From the NCBI GenBank assembly GCA_950097015.1, contig CATNEN010000001.1, forward strand, positions 25,234,001 to 25,298,000: 64,000 bases of DNA, written 5' to 3'. This document shows positions 27,501 to 39,300 of the stretch, piece by piece; position 1 is the stretch's first letter; every line of letters begins with the position of its first letter. The notes below the pieces were generated by a model, which worked only from the letters and a program-made list of their open reading frames with translations, was not told the DNA's origin and made no database searches. Position numbers and translations under genes: made by a program. The stretch is from Macrostomum hystrix (Eukaryota; Animalia; Platyhelminthes).

Positions 27501-29060
27501 ACTCCCCCTACCACCTCAGCCCAATGTACACTCCCCCTACCAACTTAACCCAATGTACACTCCCCCTACCACCTCAGCCCAATGTACAATCCCCCTACCA
27601 CCTCAGCCCAATGTACGCCATCCAAATGCACACTGTGGAATCTCCTGTCGCCAGAACGGCGTCCCGACCTACCACGCCGGCAGCTCCTGGGCAGTCGACC
27701 TTGCCGCCTGTCTGCGTGGCTTCTTCGAAAGCAGCCCCATGACAGCTTCGGCCTCCCATGATGGCGCGGTAGTCGAGGAAATCACAGACGGCCGACTGCT
27801 GTCTGGGTTTGTGGAGACCCTGTACCAGGCACTCACTTACGAGTTCGAGCCCGTGCCGGTAACCAGCTCCGAGGACACCCCGGCGGCCAATAGCAGCACT
27901 GCGGCACAGCGATTCGCCTATCCCGCCGATGCTCGCTACTCCCAGCTGTGCTGCCGTCGACGACAGCAACAACTGCAACAGCAGTCCAGCTCCAGGCTCA
28001 GCCCCAACTGCGTGCTGGGCCGCATTCTTGCCGTGCAACTGCTGGACCGGCTGGGCATCGATGGTACCCTGTCACACTACAACCGGCTGGTGAAGTTCCT
28101 GCAGGAGAATGACACGGCTTGGTGAGGAGTGACTCTACTCGCTTACTTCTTATCCCATAGTAATAATAATAATTGTGGGAGGGCTGCGGGCAGTGGCACA
28201 TCATTTGGTGACACTAGACCCGCAGCCAACGAGGAGGCAATTCTGCCCATTTCGCTGATTCCTGAGCACACACGCGCACAGATACTGTACGCAGGCACAC
28301 GTTCACACAGGTGTGTACATCTGCCCTGAGTTTCTCATTGTCAGTCAGTGTACACTCTCACTGTGCCTAGAAGGTCGTAAATTTCACGATGAGTCCCCAA
28401 AGCCTTCTCTCCGCGGCTGCGCCCCAAATTAATGTGGCCTTATCGCGGAATCGAGCTCAGGGACCTTGTTGCGAGAGGCAAAAGCGCTAACCGCTTTGCC
28501 ACTGACCCCCTTAGTTCCCACTCTGATCCCATCGATTTAGATTCTGATCCCATCGATTTAGATTCTGATCCTTTCAATTTAGATTCTGATCCCATCGATT
28601 TAGATTCTGATCCCATCGATGTAATTTCCAATCCCATTAGTTTTTCGCGATCCCATTATAAGAATGCAAAGTTTACAAACAATAATCCGAAAAATGCATA
28701 TGCCGCTTTCCCAGGGACTGCTCCAAGGGCAACCTGAAGGACTTCGTGGAATCCCTGAACGCTCCCATGTCCGTGACCCAGTCCGCTCAGCACTATGACG
28801 CCTACCTGACCTCCCTGGTGGCCAAGGATTGCTCCATCATGCTGACCCTGGCTCCCAGCCGCTTGGCAACCACCGACCTGCCGCCTGGTGTGTCCAGCGT
28901 GCCAGATCCCATCTCAGGCCGGGGCCTCCTATTCAGCCTGGCCATTGTGGACCTGGATCCCAAACCGTTCGACAAAATCCGGCTCAACTACAAGGAGGAG
29001 CTGGAGGCCTTGCGCCGCTACGATGTCGCCATCGCCGGCAAGCTGCAGCACAGCGCCTGA
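18506..29060 (+). CDS. IPPK: Inositol-pentakisphosphate 2-kinase (IP5 2-K/IPK1); exons 18506-18715, 19013-19075, 23558-23839, 24522-24719, 26543-26632, 26720-26778, 26857-26929, 27655-28121, 28715-29060 (~595 aa)
   Basis: IPK1-family motifs appear in order across phase-compatible exons: YRGEGN, VLRFRK, LCIEIK|AKQGF, CRFCLMQ, YCPCDLFSG, PQINLRVF|NG, AKDCSIM and IVDLDPKP. Confidence 0.92.
19118..20620. repeat. 22-bp minisatellite (IPPK intron 2)
   Basis: GACTGAATCTCACACTAGATCA units. Confidence 0.95.
21038..23388. repeat. 40-bp minisatellite with two variants and a 960-bp higher-order duplication
   Basis: GGATTGCTAATCTAT(TTGATAAACAAT/TCTATAGACTGT)TAGAAAC(G/A)CAAAT units. Confidence 0.95.
23875..24385. 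repeat. 31-bp grading into 34-bp minisatellite (IPPK intron 3)
   Basis: AACCTAAAACCTTCAGGTGCAACCCTTACCC, then AACCTAAAGCCTTCAGGTGTTACCCTCAGCTACCT. Confidence 0.9.
24829..25968 (-). CDS. CREC-family (calumenin/reticulocalbin-like) ER EF-hand Ca-binding protein, intronless, nested antisense in IPPK intron 4
   Basis: Signal peptide MQLARLLGIVLSLQAFVSWAHC (ATG 25968). EF loops DANKDGKVTRQE, DADGDGQLSRKE, DSDGDGRVSLAE, DADKDGQLDANE and DKDKDGSLSRAE. CREC C-terminal motif FTGSAATDYG and terminal HDEL. Confidence 0.9.
   Translation of the reverse strand: MQLARLLGIVLSLQAFVSWAHCSSAEESLPADEEDFSVEQLARARDSLAKLYDEKLDANKDGKVTRQELTGWLAEANRQLAERDLDEAWQAYNLTTAASAEPGAAETRLDWESHAARRAAGWDSAEGDDNQLKEQQQAELHADVKRAIEEASKETGIDKAGIKVGMPELPKQRPAGDKESAKQVSDGKEQHQQRLAVELGRDRRRWEAADADGDGQLSRKEFAAFALAEGTAPWSTPSPAMRRVLALEALERMDSDGDGRVSLAEFLAGAPESATPTTASEEDAKNFRELWDADKDGQLDANEMEKMLDYLEESAKGKDGEADGEAELEAAEEADRLMAAADKDKDGSLSRAEVLEALREFTGSAATDYGGSVGIHDEL
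27025..27615. repeat. 29-bp minisatellite (IPPK intron 7)
   Basis: CAGCCCAATGTACACTCCCCCTACCAACT units. Confidence 0.95.
28159..28510 (-). mobile_element. SINE family 2 copy in IPPK intron 8
   Basis: Reverse complement of the 7655 element, including the head and a (TAA)n tail. Confidence 0.8.
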
Positions 29061-29659
29061 GGCTCCCTGGGTAGATTGGACACAGGGGTCAACTGACCCC
29101 CCTCCCTGCTAATCTGGGTGCCCCGTGTCTTCCAGATTGGCAATTGAGGGGTCAATCGACATCAATTGGGCATGAGATAATTGGTATTGGGAGCTATCGA
29201 GAAGTGTGACTATTTGAAATGTCCAATGTGGTCTGCCAAATGTCAAATGTCAAATGGGTTTGTCAAATGTCTTCCAACCACTTGGTCTGAAGGGGGGGTC
29301 AGTTGACCCATCCTTTCATCTTTCTATCTAGTTCAATCTGTTCTAACGCAAATAACGGCTATTTTTAACCCCACCCCCGGCCTCATATCCAGCCACGATC
29401 AGTCACGTGACCATCAGCTAAGCTACTCACCTGCTTTTCCAAGCAGGTGGTAACCTTTTGCTGGCATATTTAGACTTTTTCTGCTTGTTTTCCATTGTGT
29501 CGCTAGTAGATCTAATTTGTGTGAATGAATTCCGCGTCGATCACTGAGAAGTTGAATTATTTCGAATTGATATTTTGAAATATAATCTATTTGTGTTAGC
29601 AAATATTTTGACACGATCTATATTTGATAGATACAAATTTAGGATATAACCTATTTGTG

Positions 29660-30060
29660 ATAGATGAGATTTTGGTATCGACAATCAGTATTGACAGATG
29701 AGATTTTTGAGATTTGAGATAATTGTTATTGATAGATGAGATTTTGAGATAATTGGTATTGATAGATAAGATTTATGAGATTTGAGATAATTGGTATTGA
29801 TAGATGAGATTTTAAGATAATTGGTATTGATAGATGAGATTTGAGATAATTGGTATTGACAGATGAGATTTTTGAGATTTGAGATAATTGGTATTGATAG
29901 ATGAGATTTTAAGATAATTGTTATTGATAGATGAGATTTGAGATAATTGGTATTGACAGATGAGATTTTTGAGATTTGAGATAATTGGTATTGATAGATG
30001 AGATTTTGAGATAATTAGTATTGATAGATGAGATTTTGAGATAAAATATTTGTGATCGGT
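29660..30060. repeat. ~30-bp degenerate minisatellite
   Basis: GAGATAATTGGTATTGATAGATGAGATTTT units. Confidence 0.85.
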
Positions 30061-31479
30061 GAGATTTCGGGATCGATAATTTCTAAACTTTAAAATAATA
30101 ATTGTTTAGTTGGTGTGGCTTCTTCGGCATGAGATTTGATTTTTTTAAATGCTTTGCATGTGTAATGAATATGTACATTTGATGCCAGCTTTTGTCATAT
30201 CCTTGTGTTTCTTACTGTGCCTTGTCACTGCCCAGTTGATCATGCTGTGTGTATTATTCTTTTTCTAATTTAGTTTTCAGTTTTTTTACCTACTCTAAAT
30301 TTTTTACATATTTTTGACATACTATATTCATGTACACAGTGCACTACTGCCGGACTGTTGCCTGGTCAGTAGTGCACTATGCGCATTATTATCAACTGCG
30401 GCTTTTTATTTAAGAAAGTAAGGTTCTCTTTGATATTTATTTGCAATTCATTTAAAATCGTTTGGATTATTTATTTTCAGTTATCGGATTCTGACTTTGT
30501 GAGTGTCGGTGAGTAGTTTTATATGGCACTTTCCGCCCTGTCTGGTAGATTTCGATGCATCAGCATCTATTTTGATTTATTTTTCAATTGCAAGCCAATC
30601 GGTCAATTTGCAGCTTCATCTGCTATTTTTTATTTTGTGCTAAAACTTTGTAACTTAAAATTTGAATATTTTCTTTACTTCTGTTGTTATTTATTTTAAT
30701 GCTTGGATAGCTCGGCTAGCGTGAGGATTTTATTGATTTTGCAATTCTCGCAATATCCGCATTATGCTACTTAGTGAGTAGAAATGCGAACAAATTGGTA
30801 TCGAAACAAATTCCGAATTTAATTACGCTAGTCGAGCTGATCTACTGTGCATATTATTATGAAAACAGCATTGCAGTGACTTGTGACAGTAATCTGTAAT
30901 TCAATCCTGTTTGACATTTGGCAAGCAATTGTTGGGAGGTAACAATTTCCCTGCTAATAATAGTCGCTTTTTCTTCCTATCCGGTTCGGCTGCAATCGGT
31001 TGATTGTTTTGAATTTTCTCCGCTTTTTCCAGTTTTTTTGTTTTAATTTTACCTGACTTCCATTGGACTGTCTCTGAGCAGATTGAGATGAAATGTATTT
31101 TTCTCATCAGACTTTTCTCATAAGATTGAAAAGTTATAATATCTCTTCTACAATATCAGCTCTGTGACCATATCTTTGAGTGGCTACTGTTTTAGCCGTA
31201 GAGTTAGTAGTGTGATTTGATCATATTTTCACATCTTTTTGTTCTAGTATTAGCAATAACTCTAGCCTTTGGCATCAACAGTGCAGAAGGGCCCAGTTTT
31301 GTGCTATAAAATATAAAACGTTTAATAATATATACAGTATCTATACAGCAAAGTTTATGAGATGCGATTTTACCTACCCAAATTTATTTAGCTGTTGGAA
31401 CCGCTCTGCTCTAAATTATCTGCTTGTGTTTCTCTTTTTATTTGTTGGGTTCAGAATTCGGGTTAAGATTTGGAATTCG

Positions 31480-32750
31480 GATATGGGATTCTGGTTTAGG
31501 TTTCGGGGTTCTGGTTTAGGTTTTGGGGTTCTGGTTTAGGTTTTGGGGTTCTGGTTTAGGTTTTGGGGTTCTGGTTTAGGTTTTGGGATTCTGGTTTAGG
31601 TTTGGGGATTCGGGTTAGTACTTTGAGATTCGGGCTTTGGTTCTATAGATTCAGATTTCGGTTTTGATATTCAGTTTAGGTTTTGAGATTCAGTTTTAGG
31701 TTTTGAGATTCAGTTTAGGTTTTGAGATTCAGTTTTAGGTTTTGAGATTCAGATTTAGGTTTTGAGATTCCGATTTAGGTTTTGAGGTTCAGTTTTAGGT
31801 TTTAAGATTCAGGTTTAGGTTTTGAGATTCAGTTTTAGGTTTTGAGATTCAGTTTAGGTTTTGAGATTCAGTTTTAGGTTTTGAGATTCAGTTTAGGTTT
31901 TGAGATTCAGTTTAGGTTTTGAGATTCAGTTTAGGTTTTGAGATTCAGATTTCGGTTTTGAGATTCAGTTTTAGGTTTTACGATTCAGGTTTAGGTTTTG
32001 AGATTCAGTTTTAGGTTTTGAGATTCAGTTATAGGTTTTAAGATTCAGGTTTAGGTTTTGAGATTCAATTTTAGGTTTTGAGATTCAGATTTCGGTTTTG
32101 AGATTCAGATTTCGGTTTTGAGATTCAGATTTAAGTTTTGAGATTCAGATTTCGGTTTTGATATTCAGTTTAGGTTTTGAGATTCAGTTTTAGGTTTTGA
32201 GATTCAGTTTAGGTTTTGAGATTCAGTTTTAGGTTTTAACATTCAGGTTTAGGTTTTAAGATTCAGTTTAGGTTTTGAGATTCAGTTTTAGGTTTTGAGA
32301 TTCAGTTTTAGGTTTTGAGATTCAGGTTTAGGTTTTGAGATTCAATTTTAGGTTTTGAGATTCAGATTTCGGTTTTGAGATTCAGATTTCGGTTTTGAGA
32401 TTCAGATTTCGGTTTTGAGATTCAGATTTCGGTTTTGAGATTCAGATTTCGGTTTTGAGATTCAGTTTAGGTTTTGAGATTCAGGTTTAGGTTTTGAGAT
32501 TCAGTTTTAGGTTTTGAGATTCAGGTTTAGGTTTTGAGATTCAGTTTTAGGTTTTGAGATTCAGTTTTAGGTTTTGAGATTCAGGTTTAGGTTTTGAGAT
32601 TCAATTTTAGGTTTTGAGATTCAGATTTCGGTTTTGAGATTCAGGTTTAGGTTTTGAGATTCAGTTTTAGGTTTTGAGATTCAGTTTTAGGTTTTGAGAT
32701 TCAGTTTTAGGTTTTGAGATTCAGTTTTAGGTTTTGAGATTCAGTTTTAA
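31480..32750. repeat. 19-20-bp minisatellite
   Basis: GGTTTTGAGATTCAGTTTTA units. Confidence 0.93.
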
Positions 32751-33319
32751 GTTAGTACTTTGAGATTGGGAGTTTAATGAGTTTAATGATAACTTAGTGA
32801 GTTTAATATTTCATGGTCAAACACGCGACATTTTTAGTGAGCACTAATATGTTTTTCTAAATATCAGCGAATAATGAATAATGATCAGTTGTATTTTGCT
32901 GTCGCTTAAAAAAACATTTACTAAAGCACTGCAGATAACATTTTTGAGGCGGTAACGGAAATAAAGCGGCTTCATGGCTATTGTTGAGTAATAATACTTT
33001 TTGTGTGCTCTGCACTCACTTGACTAAAAAACAAGTGACAGAAATAGGACATTGTTGAATTGTCAACAAGCTGCGAAAATCAGAAAATCCGAACTGCAAT
33101 AGAAACCTCAGGCCACAGAAAAACTGGACAGAACGCAAGAGGAACTCGAAAATTTTGGGAAGAGACAAATATGAATTAGCCCTCAGAGCTAAATATTTGA
33201 GACCTAAATTGTGGAGGCTGTGGATGATGCTGCTGGTTGGGGAGGCTGGGTGATGCTGTGTGTTAGTGAGTCTGATCAGCTTGTTGCCATGACAACGCAG
33301 ATGAGTTGACGCCGCGTCA

Positions 33320-36300
33320 TCAGTAGCCAGTGAGCTCGGCGAAGGTCTGGTCCAGCTCCTCGCTGAGACCCTTGTACCGCTCCTTCTCTGACAGCAGCTC
33401 GTCTGCGGGTTCGGGTGAAGATTTGGGATTCGGGTTTAGATTCTTGGGATTCGGGTTTAGATTCTTGGGATTCGGTTTTAGATTCTTGGAATTCGGGTGT
33501 AGATTTGGGATTCGGGTGTAGATTTCGGATTCGGGTGTAGATTTGGGATTCGGGTTTAGATTTGGTATTCGGGTTTAGATTTGGGATTCGGGTTCAGATT
33601 TGGGATTCGGGTTTAGATTTGGGATTCGGGTTCAGATTTGGGATTTGGGATTAGATTTAGGATTCGGGTTCAGATTTGGGATTCGGGTTTAGATTTGGGA
33701 TTCGGGTTCAGATTTGGGATTCGGGTTCAGATTTGGGATTCGGGTGTAGATTTGGAATTCGGGTTTAGGATTTGTACCAGTATTTATTGGTTTTTTGTTA
33801 CGCAGATTTTGTAAGTATTTTTAGCGCAAATGCTTGTAATTATCTGAAACTTCAAAGCTAATGCCTCAGTTTCGAAGAAAAAATCAGTTTAAAAATGTGT
33901 GGTGCACTCAGCGCTTGCTACAAGCTTAAACGTTATTGCACAGGGATCGTGTAGTTTTTTGTAGGCAATATGAACTGAATAATTGGTGAGTTTGTTAAAA
34001 TCACTCTATTAGACATATTTTAGTAAGCATAGAAAAGCGAATATTAGTACAAGCTGGATTAAAGCAAGCACCAAACAAGACAAAACGGTTTTGTACCAAC
34101 GCCAGCTGTCAAATGCTTTCAATCTCCTTGTAGTAGCTCTCCAGCTGTCCCTTGAGCAATATCAGGCTGTCCTTCTTCTGCAGCAGCTCAACTGACGATA
34201 CGATGGATATTGTGCAATCATTAGTAATTTGATCCCCAAGTCTAGGGATGATGCTATCCCATAAATAAGATCGATCGATAGAAATTTCTCAGGGCAAAAT
34301 TCTTAGCTGATGCTGGTTGCCCATGTTTTACAGGTGGGCGAACTGAAGCACTGAGGAAATCTGTGTCTTGCTCATGGACCCAAATTGATTCCCTAATATC
34401 GGTCTCTATCTATCTATTTGCAGGGGCGCCCGGGGCACTTGTCGCACAAGCGACGGAGCGGCACGCCCCCAGACCGGCGAACTAGGCGCTTAAGCGCCCA
34501 ACGCGCCGCCTCCCCTGAGCAGGCACCACACACAACAGCACAGACCAGCCGGGGAGGGCAGGAGGCACCCAGAATAGGCGGCAGTGTCCCCCACCCCAGC
34601 CCCACACACACATGGCAGACCAAGCCGGGGCGGAAGGCTGATAAGAAATCAGTCCTCAGGGGGGGGCCGGGTGATGAGTGTACACTTATCCAATCGCGCT
34701 GACGGAAGTCCAGAAAGCGCGCGGCGGTGTACACCCGCCCTCCAGCCACTCCCCGCAAGGTCTCACGCCCCAGCTCCAACGCACACAACTCACGCAACGC
34801 AGAACAGGCACACAGAAAGGTAGGAGCGAAGCTATTATTTCAAGCTTTGATTGCACGAAATATGGTGCACCTCCGCCGGTCGCTACTGTCCAAACCCCCC
34901 AACAAGTCCCGAAATTAATCGTGACTTGAAGGGTGAATCGAACTAGCGTCCTTTGGAGTGCGAGGCAGCGACGTTAGCCGCTGACCCACCCACTCCCTCC
35001 CTAATATCGGTCAGAAGTATTGTAACTCTAAACCAGCGGACTAACAGCACAAATTACTCGGGTGAGTTCTCAAATTATTTATTATATTTCACCTTCAGCC
35101 TCGTCGAGTTCCTTCTGTCTCTGGAGAGCCTCCTGTTCGGCGCTGATGGCTCGATGCTCGGCCTTCCAAAATGGCGATGTTAAAGTCATGCGCAGTACTC
35201 ATGCAGTGATTTAGAATGGGGTAAGCAGCAGCATGCATGTTTATAAGCAATCAAATTGATCTGCAGAGAGCGGATGTACAGCCCTGTGTGACTGTAAACA
35301 CCCCTGTAGGACCACTAGGAGCAAAACGACGGGAAACTATAAATTTCTTGGAAAATGTTTAGGAGACACGTTTCTTTCGCGGAAAAATACACCACGGAGT
35401 TGTGATCGCCGAAGTACAATTTTCTAAGAAACGCAGTCTTTCTACTCCTAGTGGGTCATTGTGTCCATTGCATAGATGGTTCAGGGCATGCGTTTTAAAA
35501 ACCTGTGGTTCCTTAAAACTAATATCAAGCAGTAAAACACAGTGTTGAAACATTATGAGATCACAGCTCAAGCATGCGACAAGCCAAGTCACAGATCCCC
35601 ATTGTGAGGATCTCGCACAGTCATGCAGGCACATGATCAGCCTATTCGTACCCTCCAGTCGATCCACCTCGCCCTGCAGCTTGGTCACCTGCCGTTCGGC
35701 CTCCGTGGCCCGCTGCTCAGCCTGCTCAGGAGAGAGCCAGTTTGGTGTGTTTGAGCACAATTAGGAGAATTTTTTTATCTACCAGAGACGGTCAAGATGC
35801 CAGGCGCATGCAATACTGACTACTTGTTAGTAGGGTTCAACGCATTTTTCTATGTTAACAGTCGAGTGAACACGACATTCTCCCCTGAGCAAAGTTTCAT
35901 CGGACAGAGCGGAAAATTTTAGCCCTGTCTTTTCATGGTAATTGCTCTGATCTTTTAGAAGATGCAGAAAATATAAATGTGGACATTATAAAATACCCCC
36001 TTGGTATTTCAATTGTTAATTTGATGTTGAAGTTCAGCAATTTTTACCTCCTGCAGTTTGAATTGCAGCTCTTGAATAAGCTTCTCCAGGTGGGTCTCCT
36101 TGCTCGAAGCCTTTCGTGCAAAAAGCGGATGGCATGCGAGGATATTTCGGGAATCGATGTTAAGATATCAGTTATTTGTGAATGCAACGTTAAATAATAT
36201 TGGCATGCGCTTCTATTTCTACTCTGAGTAGAACATTTCAGTGGTCTAACTTATTATTACTTTTCCAAGCCAAAAAGCCAGCAACCACGCCATGCTTTGA

Positions 36301-39300
36301 GTAGGGAATGGGGTGGCAGTTCACGGCAGCCGTCTCTGATTGGTTGGGTTCTGTTAAACTCATCAGCCAATGAGCGAATGCCTCACAGCCTTCAGACGGT
36401 CCGTCAGGTCCCGGATGGTCTCCTCGTAGGACTCCTCTCGTTGGGCGGCCTCCTGCTCGGAGATCTCCAGCGACTTCATGTTGCTGCCAACAACTCGAAG
36501 CTCTTCCTCCAGCTCGAGCACTTTGCTGCAACAATGCGCGTGAAACTTTCTTTCTTTTGGTCCAGTGCGTGCCGCTTGCGAGTGTTAGCAAATAATTTGT
36601 GATTAGCGTTATAGTTGAGTCTGAGTGACAGGATTGGAATTCTAGTTGAGTCTGAGTGACAGGATTGGGATTCTAGTTAGGTCTGAGTGACAGGATTGGG
36701 ATTCTAGTTGAGTCTGAGTGACAGGATTGGGATTCTAGTTGAGTCTGAGTGTGACAGGATTGTGATTCTAGTTGAGTCTGAGTGTGACAGGATTGGGATT
36801 CTAGTTGAGTCTGAGTGTGACAGGGTTGTGATTCTAGTTGAGTCTGAGTGTGACAGGATTGGGATTCTAGTTGAGTCTGAGTGTGACAGGATTGGGATTC
36901 TAGTTGAGTCTGAGTGTGACAGGATTGGGATTCTAGTTGAGTCTGAGTGTGACAGGATTGGGATTCTAGTTTTAAAGAATGTATCGAAAATGTGAATACT
37001 AGCTAGTAGCTAGGTTATATGATTTTTGTTTAATTTCCGTAATGCTGTAACGCATAATTTAAGAATTTCGCGATAAAGAACAGGTGCATGCAGGCCCATT
37101 CGTTAAAGTAAATCATTACCTTTTTTCTGAAAGAAGCTGAAAAGATGAAACTATTTTTCTTTCATGCAATGCAAAAGATGGGAATATTATCTGAGAGCCT
37201 GGCGTGGTTGTTGACTTTATAATTTTTTTAATTATAACACTTTTCTCGGCAGCCACCTTACGCCACACGCCCACAGTGCGAAAAAACACCACCTCATTCC
37301 CCGCCTGACCTTTCCTGCTTAACTTCTAACCCTCATTGGCACCCACCTCACGCCGCGTTAACAGCACCCAGGCTTAAAACACCAACCACCTCATTCCATG
37401 CCTTCTCTCTCCGTCTGAACTTCTAACCCTTCTCGATACCCACCTCACGCCACTCCAAAAGTACACAGGCTTAAAACACCAACCACCCCATGCTTAACTT
37501 CTAACACTTTCAGCCATTTGTCGATAGCAAGCTACATAACCGAACCTTCTCTTCGCTGATCTGCAGCGACTTCAAGTTGTTGCTGACTGTGCTCAACTCG
37601 TCACGAAGTTGACGCGCCTTGGCGGTGCCATTTTCGGCTCGCTCCTCTGCCTGGTCCACTTCTTTGTCAACTTCGATCCACCGATTGTACACCTTGTTGG
37701 TGGGGAGATTCGACACGTGCTTCGTTAAACTACATGCACCTTTTGATCAATCATGCAATTGAAAAACGCTTAGAAATCATGCAACTAATCGGGATGCTTA
37801 ATTAAAACGTCAAAGCACGCAATTTTCAACTCTAACCGCCGTGGACCCCAGCTAAAAGTGCAACCTCTCGGCGCTCTCCAGGCGAGACTCGGCCCTCTCC
37901 AGGTCGCCCTCGGTGATGGCCAGCTTCCTGGCCGCCTCGTCGTACTTTCGGTCGGCGTCCTCGGCGATGTACTTGGCCTCCTTCAGCTGCTCCTCCAGCG
38001 AGTTGATGCGCTCGTCGTCAGAGATGGAGCGAGTTTCCAGCACTTTGCGGCCTCTGACCAACACAGAAGTTGCGCAAGGTTGCTAATTACGGGACACTTG
38101 CTCCCAGCCCATAGCCTCAATTGTCTAGCCAGAAAAACTCACGATTATTGATAAGGAAATGCACTCGTGTTGATTTTGTGCGGTTACTTTTTAGCAAGTT
38201 CACGCATTAGATTAGCTAATGAAATGACTAATCCGTTGCTTCAGTTCCACGCAGCGGTAAAGTGGGTGGACGTTCGTGGCGCCTCCCACCCAGTCCGCAG
38301 ACTGAAAAACTTGTGCCTATCTAAGTTGCTCATCATTCATTGTAATTGATGAGCCTTGAGTTGTGGTAAATGATAACGCGTTTGCCTCTCGCACCAAGGT
38401 CCCTGAGCTTGATTCCGCGGCGAGGCCAAATTAATTTGGGGCGCAGCCACTGAGAGAAGGCTTGGGGGCTTGTCGTACACTTTATACGCCCTTGAGGGCC
38501 AACCTTTAAGGCACAGTGAGAGTGTACACTGCCTGATGATGAGAAGGTCAGGCCAGATGTACACACCTGTGTGAGCGTGTGCCTGCGTACGGTATCTGTG
38601 TGCGTGTGTGCTCAGGAGTCAGCGAAATGGGCAGAATTGCCTCCTCGCTGGCTGCGGGTCTAGCGTCACCAAATGATGTGCCATTGCCCGCAGCCCTACT
38701 GCAATAAAGTGCAATGCAGAGACATAATGCAATTTTGGTTTTTGCTAAGTAGATTTTCCATCACCAACAAGTTTGGGTTGGTTGTAAAACTCACTCTTAA
38801 AATTAGCACACTTGAATTGTGTTTGTTAAAATGCTTCTACCATAAAAGCTTGTGTTAAGCAACATTATGATCGCTGATATGCAGTGCAGGTAATGACTAG
38901 TCACCTCTTTGTATTTCAGCTCATTTTCAGCGGCCAACTCGTCGGCCTCAGCGGCCTGACGCTCCAAATTGTCGAGCTGGCTGTCCTCGGCTGTGTGACG
39001 ACTTTCAAGCACATTCAGAGCCCTACGTTTGAGTCGACAGGCGCGTTTGAGATTGGGAAGGAAGCAAGACAGACGTGAGAGTTCTGATGGGGTGAAAATA
39101 TGAGAAGAGAGAGATGAAACAATCGAGGATGAGACAGGGAAAAGATAAGGTAGGGAGAGATGAGACAGGGGAGAGATGAGGCGGGGGAGAGATAAGGCAG
39201 GCAATAGATGAGACAGGGAAGAGATGAGGCAGGCGAGAGATGAGACAGGGGAGAGATGAGACAGGGGAGAGATGAGACAGGGGAAGGTTGAGGCAGGCGA

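Noticed and set aside
31480-32750. Telomeric repeat
   Set aside because: TTTAGG occurs only as part of a 19-20-bp unit, not as tandem TTAGGG.
34414-34929. ORFs duplicated at 51213-51741
   Set aside because: They lie within SINE copies bounded by TSDs and contain no protein motifs.
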